Position numbers and translations under genes: made by a program | The notes under the pieces: generated by a model | Database searches by the model: none | What the model saw: only the letters and a program-made list of their open reading frames with translations | What the model was told of the DNA's origin: nothing | Shown here: piece by piece, positions 35,292-43,561 of the stretch | How the letters are laid out: each line of letters begins with the position of its first letter | Position numbering within the stretch: the stretch's first letter is position 1 | Source of the DNA: Chiloscyllium plagiosum | Lineage: Eukaryota | Direction of reading: 5' to 3' | NCBI RefSeq assembly: GCF_004010195.1 | Contig: NC_057753.1 | Location: forward strand, 11,444,241-11,487,801 | Length of the DNA: 43,561 nucleotides

Positions 35292-35699
35292 AGTCTGAAA
35301 CCTTGTTCATATTTTTAAAAATAAAACTGCAGACATCTTCCTGAAACTTGTATTGAAATATGCGCGGTTGGGCCACAGCTCAGGACAGGCTCAAAGGGCT
35401 GAATGGCCTTTTCCTAGTCCTGTGAAATTGGTTCCGACAATGTGGAAATAGAGTCACAGAGTTGTAGGGAACGGTAACAAACCCTTGTTGAACAGACATC
35501 CCAAATTAATCTAGTGACCCATTCACCAGTATCTACCCTGGGGGGGGGGGGGGAAATAAACATACAGAAGTTGAGCAGGCAGACAAAATGCAAAAGGAAT
35601 AAAACGTCGAGCCACAGGAGGGAAAAAAAATGTGGCTCCAGCCTTTAATTTGCTCCTTTTGGCATTTGGACATTTAAAATCTGTCAGTAACACCAGCAT

Positions 35700-36340
35700 C
35701 TCCACAGGGCGGACTGCGCATACTCTCCGGTGTCAGCAAGCAGTGCCCACGACCATCTCTTGATGGACCAATGGGGAGCCCGAGAGGACCGGAAGGGGTC
35801 TGTTATTGTCTGAATGCGGAAGTTGGACCATGAGTTCCTGAAGCTGCTTCATCCCAGACTGCAACTTCCTTCCCCTGTGTGTACAGCACTCTCTTTTCTC
35901 ACCCCCTTTTCCATTTTGTTTTTCATTCTGGGGTTGAATTGTTGACTTGCAGCAACTGGAGGGAAAGGGAGTGAAACCAGGGAGGGGACAGACTCTGGAA
36001 AAGTTAAATTAGATTACATTACAGTGTGGAAACAGGCCCTTCGGCCCAACAAGTCCACACCGACCCGCCGAAGGGCAACCCACCCATACCCCTACATTTA
36101 CCCCTTACCTAACACTATGGGCAATTTAGCATGGCCGATCCACCCTGACCTGCACATCTTTGGACTGTGGGAGGAAACCGGAGCACCCAGAGGAAACCCA
36201 CACAGACATGGGGAGAACGTGCAAACTCCACACAGTCAGTCGCCTGAGGCGGGAATTGAACCCGGGTCTCAGGCGCTGTGAGGCAGCAGTGCTAACCACT
36301 GTGCCACCGTGCCGCCCACAGTTGGTCCAGGTCTGTGTCT
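35700..36340 (+). promoter_or_regulatory. Second promoter/first-exon module paralogous to 6520-6831, with a V-SINE inserted at 36008-36318
   Basis: GGGCGG, TGCGCA, CCAAT, CCGGAAG, GCGGAAGT; GCAACTGGAG..GAGTGAAACCAGGGAGGGGACAGACTCT matches 6781-6815. Confidence 0.6.
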
Positions 36341-36814
36341 CAATTGGCAAACACATGGCAATGTGGTACCACAATGAAGTTATAGGCTTTGCTGTGAAAA
36401 AAGCAGAAAGGACATGCGTTGTTTAAATGGTGACGCATTGGGATGTGGAGAAATGGGGACTGCTGATGGTGGGGGTCGGAGTTGAAAAGTGTGGTACTGC
36501 AAAAGCACAGCAGGTCAGGCAGCACCTGAGGAGAGTTAACATTTCAGGCATGAGCTCTTCATTAGGACCGATGTCTGGACAAGGGGCCTCAGCGTCCTTC
36601 TACATCAGTAAATGCCAGTTGTCAGACAAGCAATGATCAAGGCAAGTGACATATTAGCAAGAGGAATTGTGTTCAGAAGTGGGGATGTCTTCCTGCAGTT
36701 ACGGGGATATTTAATATATTCAAGGCTGAGTTCATCTGATTTTTGAACAACAAATAAATGGATGTTTGTGGGGGAAGGCAAGAACATGGTTTTAAGACCA
36801 GTACAGAACAGTTA

Positions 36815-37625
36815 CAGTCAGACAGCACAGAAACAGACCATTCAGTTCAACTAGTCCATGCTGAGTATGTTCTCAAACAAAGCTAGTCACACCTGCAAGT
36901 GTTTGGCCCATATCCCTCCATTCCTTGTATATTCACATGCAGCCACCACTTCCCCTGGATATTCATTCCACACACAAACCACTCTCTGTGTAAAAACAAA
37001 ATGGTGCCCCTCACGTCTTTAAAATCTTTCTCCTCTCACCTTCAAAATTTGCTCCCTCATCTTGAAACCCCCCACTAGGGAAAGGACACCCAACGTTCAC
37101 CTCATCTATACCCCTCATGATTTTATAATCCTCTATAAGGTCACCTCTCAACCTCTGATGCTCCCAGATGTAGGCATATTTATATCCAGTTATGATCTGT
37201 TCAGTGCTGGTGCAAGCTCGAAGGACTAAATGGCCTACTCCTGCTCCCAATTCTCTCACTGTCCAGGACAGCAAAAGACCATAAGATATAGGAGCAGAAG
37301 TTAGGCCATTCAGCCCATCAGGTCTGCTCCACCATTTAGTCATGGCTGATAAGTTTCTCAACCCCATTCTTCCGCTTACTCTCCGTAATCCTCGATCCCC
37401 TTGCTACTCAAGAACCTGTCTATCTCAGTCTTAAGTATACTGAATGACCAGGCCTCCACATCCTTCTGTAGCAGTGAATTCCATAGATTCACCGCTCGCT
37501 GGCTGAAGATGTTTCTCCCTGTCTCCCTTCTAAAGATATTCCTTTTACTCTAAGGCTGTGCTCTTGGGTCCTAGACTCTGCTACCGATGGAAACATTTTC
37601 CCAACGTCCACTCTGTTCAGGCCGT
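36815..37625 (-). mobile_element. CR1 3' fragments
   Basis: RLRGDLIEDYKIMRG; LINE tails. Confidence 0.8.
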
Positions 37626-37799
37626 TCAGTCTGTTTTTATTAGATTCCTCCCCCCCCCCCCCGAGTGTAGGCCTGTTAATCAACCTGAATCAGACCCTTC
37701 AGGATGAGGTTCAGCAAAGTGAGAATGGAGGGAGTGTGTGTGGGATGGAGATTTTCAGCTTTTAGGGAATGTGAGAGGCAAGGAAGTTCGATTATAAAT

Positions 37800-38615
37800 T
37801 AGAAGTGATCGGATGGGCTGATGGGGTCGAGGAGTGGCAGATGGAGTTTAATTTGATAAATGCGAGTTATTGCATTTTGATAAGACAAATCAGGGCAGAA
37901 CTTACACAGTTAATGGGGAATGTTGCTAAAAAAAAGTGATCTTGCAGTGCAGATTGATAGCTCCTTGAAAGCGGAGTAGCCGGTAGATAGGATAGTGAAG
38001 AAGACTTTTAGTATGCTTGCCTTTATTGGTCATTGCATGTAGTATAGGAGTTGGGAGGTCATGTTGCGGCTGTACAGGACATTGGTTCAGCCACTTTTGG
38101 AATACTGCATTCAGTTCTGGTCTTCCTGCTATAGGAAATATGTTGTGAAACTTGAAAGGGTTGGGAAAAGATTTATAAGGCTGTCACCTGGGTTGCAGGG
38201 TTTGAGCTGTAGGGAGAGGCTGAACAGGCTGGGGCTGTTTTCTCTGGAGGCTGAAGGGTGACCTTATACAAGTTCATGGGGGGGCGTGGATCAGGTGAAT
38301 GGTCAAGATATTTTCCCCAGGGTAGGGGAGTCCAGAACTAGAGGGCATAGGTTTGAGGTGTGAGGGGAAAGATTTAAAATGGACCTGAGGGGCGACATTT
38401 TCACACAGTGGTGCATGTATGGAATGAGCTGCCAGAGGAAGTGGTGGAGACTGGTACAGTTACAACATTTTAAAAGGCATCTGGATGTGGACATGAATAG
38501 GAAGGGTTTAAGAGGGATATGGGCCAAGTGCTGGCATATGGGAAGAGATTAATTTAGGATATCTGGGCAGCACGGTTGAGTTGGACCGAAGGGTCTGTTT
38601 CTGTGCTATATGACT
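37800..38615 (+). mobile_element. CR1 3' fragment
   Basis: MLRLYRTLVQPLLEYCIQFWS; 3' tail. Confidence 0.85.
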
Positions 38616-39785
38616 CCAACTGTTTTCGGTGAAAGCAGAAGTGTCATTGTGAAGATTGGACTTTCAGAGCAGCTTACAAAGATGTTTTGCGCTTACTGGA
38701 AGAAGTTACAATGAAATCTTTCATTTGTGAGACACCGACTGACTGAATGAGTAAAACCAGGATTTTGTTTGAAAGTGGGAATTCGTTGCACTGTGGCGAT
38801 GAAGTGCTTTATGGTTTACCAGCAGGAAGTAAAGTGTGCTGAGTGGGGACCCTAGTGAAGGGGTAGGTGGGTTTTTGAGTTAAACTGCTCATTTCTTTCA
38901 GCCTCCAACATTGTATTTTCAATGCTGTGCATCAGAAGGAGCGGTGATTCAGTAACTGGTTATGTGAGATGCCTTACAAATTTCAGTACTGCAGGTTTTG
39001 CATTGTTTTATCAGCATTGTAAAGGTTACTGGCAGCAGTGGGAGGTGTGGGCTGTGTTCACCAGAAACAATTAAGCAGTTAGATAACACACATACGAGAG
39101 GGCAGGGTGGGACTTATCTTTCAATTTGCAGAATTGAACGGTTCTGGGTTCTGTGATCCGGGGCGTGGACAACTGCGGTAAATCATAGAAGCCCTACAGT
39201 GTGGAAGCAGGCCATTCAGCCCATCACGTCCACACCGACCCCTCCAAAGAGCATGCCACCCAAACTACACACCCCCCCCACCCCCACCCCAACCATATTA
39301 GGTCCTTTCTACTGGTGGGTGAGACTAGGCCTCGATTAGGGGCAGTAGATTTAGGACAGAGATGAAGAGGAACTGCTTTTCCCAGAGAGTTGTTAAGCTA
39401 TGGACCGCTTCATTAAGTATATTCAGGACACAGTTGGATAAGGTTTTGCATGGTAGGGGAATTGCGGGTAGGTGGGATAATGCAGGGAGGAGGAGCTGAT
39501 ACGATGGGTAGATGAGCCATGATCTTAATGAATGGTGGAGCAGGCTCGACGGACCAAATGGCCCACTCCTGCTTCTATTACTGTGAAACATAACTCTGCA
39601 TTTCCCATGGCTAACCCACCTAACCTGCACATCCCTGGACACTATGGGCTATTTAGCATGGCCAATCCAAATCAGGGCAGGTGAGCAATGTAGTGATGTG
39701 GAAAATGAACATCAGAGAACGATAGAAAGAGACAAGGAGAGCAAATGTCCCAGCGATCAAAACTGGATCCTAAAGATCACAAAAA

Positions 39786-40002
39786 TTGAAACTAAAGACT
39801 GTGTGTCTGAATGTGTGCTGCATCGTAACAAAAGTGAATGAACTGACTGCACACATTGAAGAGAATAATTATGATCTGAGACTCCTTACAGAGATATGGA
39901 TTCAGGATGACAAGGATTGGATCCTGAATATTGAGGGGGGGCACATGGCATTCAAGTCGAATGGGAAGTTGGGTAAAGGTAGAGGGTTGGCACTGCTAAT
40001 CA
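39786..40002 (+). mobile_element. CR1 ORF2 APE endonuclease N-terminal fragment
   Basis: CLNVCCIVTKVNEL...LTEIWIQ...KGRGLALLI. Confidence 0.75.
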
Positions 40003-40177
40003 CAGCTCTGATAATATGGTAGCCTGGTGTCAGCTTGGATTTCAGGTCCGGATTTCTCTGTCCTCTGTTGATCTTCCTGTTCCCACAGAGTAAGATGTCG
40101 GTCTGTCCTCAGCTCTGTTGGATTTCTGCTGAAGCTCTGACCCCCTTTTACACCTTCCAGAGCAATAAAACATTCAG

Positions 40178-40365
40178 AGCTTAAAAATGTGTTGCTGGGA
40201 AAGCGCAGCAGGTCAGGCAGCATCTAAGGAGAAGGGCTGAAGAAGAAGGGCTTATGCCCGAAACGTCGATTCTCCTTCTCCTTTGATGCTGCCTGACCTG
40301 CTGCGCTTTTCCAGCAACACATTTTTAAGCTCTGATCTCCAGCATCTGCAGTCCTCACTTTCTCC
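40178..40365. mobile_element. Family A PLE element with inverted 5' copy and HHR-like core (~40238-40268)
   Basis: Perfect 15-bp TSD CAATAAAACATTCAG (40163, 40366); inverted arms; core has a duplicated GAA. Confidence 0.88.
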
Positions 40366-40674
40366 CAATAAAACATTCAGTCACTCAAGGCCCAACCCCC
40401 AGTCTCCCAGCCTGTCAACCATCCAGACACAGAGTGTTGTCATAGCAGGGAATCAAACAAGAAAAATGAAACAAAATTATAAATAAATGCACGGTTGGTG
40501 CTTGTGCTTAAAGTTTGTTCAATAGGAAGTAAATCACAAATCGGGGTCTCCCAGGATTCTTATAGTGCCCTAATTGAAGAATTCTCTCTCCCTTACAAAT
40601 ATATATTAATATCCAGCTATGATTTACAACAATATTTACATCAACAAAAATAAAGCATCTGTTATCAAATAGAC

Positions 40675-41690
40675 ATGGAGATATACAGGACAGAAACAGA
40701 CTTCTCAATCCAACACATCCATGCTGACAACATATCCTATGTAAATCTAGTGGTCATGATTTGGAGATGCCGGTGTTGGACTGGGGTGTACAAAGTTAAA
40801 AGTCACACAACACCAGGTTATAGTCCAACAGGTTCAATTGGAAGCACACTAACTTTTGGAGCGACGCTCCTTCACCTGATGACTATCACCTGATGAAGGA
40901 GCGTTGCTCCGAAAGCTAGTGCTTCCAATTAAACCTGTTGGACTATAACCTGGTGTTGTGTGGTTTTTAAACTATGTAAATCTAGTTCCATTTGCCAGCA
41001 TTTCGCCCCTATCCCTCCAAACCCTTCCTATTCACACACCCATCCAGATGCCTTTTAAATGTGATTGTACCAGCCACTTCCTCTGGGAGCTCATTCTATA
41101 CACGCACCACCATCTGTGTGAAAAACCTGCCCTTTAGATCCCTTTTAAATCTTGCCATTCTCACCCTAAACCTAAGCCCTCTGGTTTTGGATGCCCCGCC
41201 GTGGGGAAAAGATCTTGTCTATTTACCCTGTCCATGCCCCTCATTATTTTATAAACCTCTATCAGGTCATCCCTCAGCCTCCGACGCTCCAGGGAAACAA
41301 CCTCATCCTATTCAGCCTCTCCTTATACCACAAACCCCGGTGTCGTCCTTATCAATCTTTTCTACACCCTTTCACGTTTCACAAAGTTTTACCTATCCTA
41401 TAGCAGGGAGACCAGAATCGACTGAAATACTGTATTCGAAAAGTGGCCTAACCAATGCCCTGTACAGCTGCAACATGACCTCCCAACTGCTATACCTAAT
41501 GCATTCAATGGGCCAAATGGCCTCTTTCTGCACTGCAGGGGTTTCGTGATTTTATTCTGTGTCACAGTCAATTTTAGTCACAATCTCTGGTATATGGTAT
41601 GTCAGGTGATACCAGAATTGCACGCAATACTCCAAAAGTGGTCAAACCAACTTTCTGTCCAGCCGCAGCATGACCTCCCAACACCAATAC
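40675..41690 (-). mobile_element. CR1 3' fragments
   Basis: Reverse complements of CR1 C-terminal coding and tail sequence. Confidence 0.8.
40752..40971. mobile_element. Family B PLE inverted pseudo-LTR pair, intact HHR 40887-40921
   Basis: 15-bp TSD CTATGTAAATCTAGT (40737, 40972). Confidence 0.88.
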
Positions 41691-41699
41691 TCCAATGCA

Positions 41700-42262
41700 C
41701 TGGTTAGCACTGCAGCCTCACAGCGCCAGGGACCTGGGTTCAATTCCAGCCTCAGTGACTGTCTGTATGGAGTTTGCACATGATGAAGGGCTTTTGCCCA
41801 AAACGTCAATTTTCCTGCTCCTCGGATGCTGCCTGACCCGCCGCGCATTTCCAGCACCGCTCTAATCTTGACTCTGATTTCCAGCATCTGCAGTCCTCAC
41901 TTTTGCCTACATTTCCCCCATGTCAGCGGGGGTTTCCTCCGGGTGCTCCGGTTTTATCCCACAATTGCCTGTAGTGTTAGGTGCATTAGTCAGGGGTAAA
42001 TGTAGGGGAATGGGTCTAGGTAGGTTGCTCTTCGGCGGGTCGGTGTGGACCTGTTGGGCCGAAGGGCCTGTTTCCACACTGTAAGTAATCTAATCTAATC
42101 CAAAGATATGCAGGTCAGGTGAATCGGCCGTGCTAAATTGCCCATAGTGCTCGATGCATTAGGCAGAGGGAAATGGGTTTGGGTGTGTTACTCTTCGGAG
42201 GGTCGGTGTGGACTTATTGGGCTGAAGGGCCTGTTTCCACACTGTAGGGAATCTAATCTAAT
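41700..42262 (+). mobile_element. Composite V-SINE with a nested degenerate family A element (~41781-41910) and a second SINE tail
   Basis: SINE head, TGATGAAGGGCTTTTGCCCAAAACGTC, two TAATC tails. Confidence 0.82.
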
Positions 42263-42779
42263 CTTAAAAAAAAAAGACGAAAGCGTACCCAAACACCTTC
42301 ATTATTCTGCCTACCTGCGACTCCACTTTCAAGGATCTATGAACCTGCCACAGAGTCACACAGCATGGAAACAGACCTCCGTTCCTACCGGTCCATGCCA
42401 ACCATAATCCCAAATTAAAGCAGCCTCTCTCGCCTGCCCCTGACCTGTATCCCTCCAAACCTTTCCCTTTCATGCACTTATCCAGATATTTTTTAATTGT
42501 ATCCCCATCCACCACTTCCTAAGGAAGTTCATTCCACACGTGAACCACCCTCCGTGTATGATTAGTATTTGAACGGCAAGGATGAGGTTGAATTGAAATG
42601 GTTCATAAAATAAATAGTTTGTACCAAACCCCCTACAGCAGGTTTGGTAGCAACTCCAACTCGGGAGTCTCTCAAATCGCTATTGCCATGGGGTGGATAT
42701 GAGGGGTAAAGTGTTGGATTCACAGAGGAGGAGATTTTCTGTGAGTGTGAAGCTAAAATGAAACCCCGTGCTTTCCATG

Positions 42780-43561
42780 AACTTTTCGCAGCAGAGAGCG
42801 GCGGGAGCTGGGCGGAAGTTCAGACGGAGCGCAAAGCCGGCCAGGAAGGTAAGTGATTACTATTAGAGTGGGTGTGTTCTAAACCCCAGGTCCTACAAAG
42901 TAGGGCCTCCCTCCCTCCCTCCTCCTCTAACCTTAATTAAGAGTCCACAGACGTGCCACAAAAAGAGGGTCTAAGGAAGTTTAGATCGAAGAGTGAGGCT
43001 TCAGCTCAGGACTCTTTGACAAGGAGGTTGAGTTGAAGAGGGTAAAGACATGACTGCCCAGCTGGTTCAGTGGGCTACGTGCTTGATGTGGGAGGTCAAC
43101 GACTCTGGTGTGTCTGGCTCGTATATGTGTGGAAAGTGTGTGCACATTCAGCAATAGACCGAGCATATTGCAGCGCTGACGAAAGAACTCGAAGACCTTA
43201 GGCTCATCCGAGAGAACGAAATCTTTCTGGACAAGACCTTCAGCGATGTTATTACACCAATCATGCCAGAAGAGAGCAGAAGAGAGCAAATGATGAGGAA
43301 GGCAGAGAGGAGACAGGTGCAAGAGACCCCGGGAGAAATACCTGTCAGGAACAAGTTGAAGCTTTTGGAAGCAGAGACTGATGACACTGCCAGTTCGCAA
43401 GGCGGCCAAGTTTGTCAATCAAAAGTTGCCGCAGAGGCAGACCGGAAGAGTCGGACATCGCACAGAGCCGTGGCAATAGGGGACTCCATCATGAGAGGAA
43501 CTGACCGGGGTTTTTGTGGCAGCAGATGGGATTTAAGGATGGTGTGTTGCCTTCCTGGTGC
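42780..43561 (+). mobile_element. 5' end of a CR1 LINE: 5' UTR and ORF1 (ATG 43050; Zn finger, coiled coil, SGNH esterase), one in-frame stop, runs off the window
   Basis: MTAQLVQWATCLMWE...YMCGKC...IAALTKELEDL...AVAIGDSIMRG...VCCLPG; TAG at 43155; GDS in frame at 43479. Confidence 0.88.

Noticed and set aside
42790..42860. GC-rich ETS motif and GTAAGT donor as a host first exon
   Set aside because: Better explained as the 5' UTR of the CR1 whose ORF1 starts at 43050

Overview
Repeat-dense vertebrate DNA, most likely shark/elasmobranch (inferred from HE1-type V-SINEs and CR1/HER1-like LINE tails), with assembly gaps at 5658-6200 and 21679-21886. The only intact host gene is a 7-finger C2H2 zinc-finger gene (ATG 9405-10070, promoter ~6520-6830); a paralogous promoter/first exon lies at ~35700-36340. 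Most of the rest is nested retroelements: CR1, L1 and Tx1 fragments, ~20 SINEs, a solo LTR and many Penelope-like pieces carrying minimal hammerhead ribozyme (HHR) cores. Three things stand out between the repeats. (1) A decayed sequence at ~18725-20012 has colinear motifs resembling a Mononegavirales L polymerase (candidate endogenous viral element). (2) A fragmented, apparently pol-less class I endogenous retrovirus lies on the minus strand (35291 to ~20856: LTR, PBS, gag MA/CA/NC, env, PPT, LTR), with a related LTR-PBS(Ser)-gag fragment just after the zinc-finger gene. (3) Three families of palindrome-loop HHRs occur, often in inverted pairs with long target-site duplications (TSDs). All protein similarities were judged by eye against remembered family motifs, with no database search; repeat boundaries are approximate.
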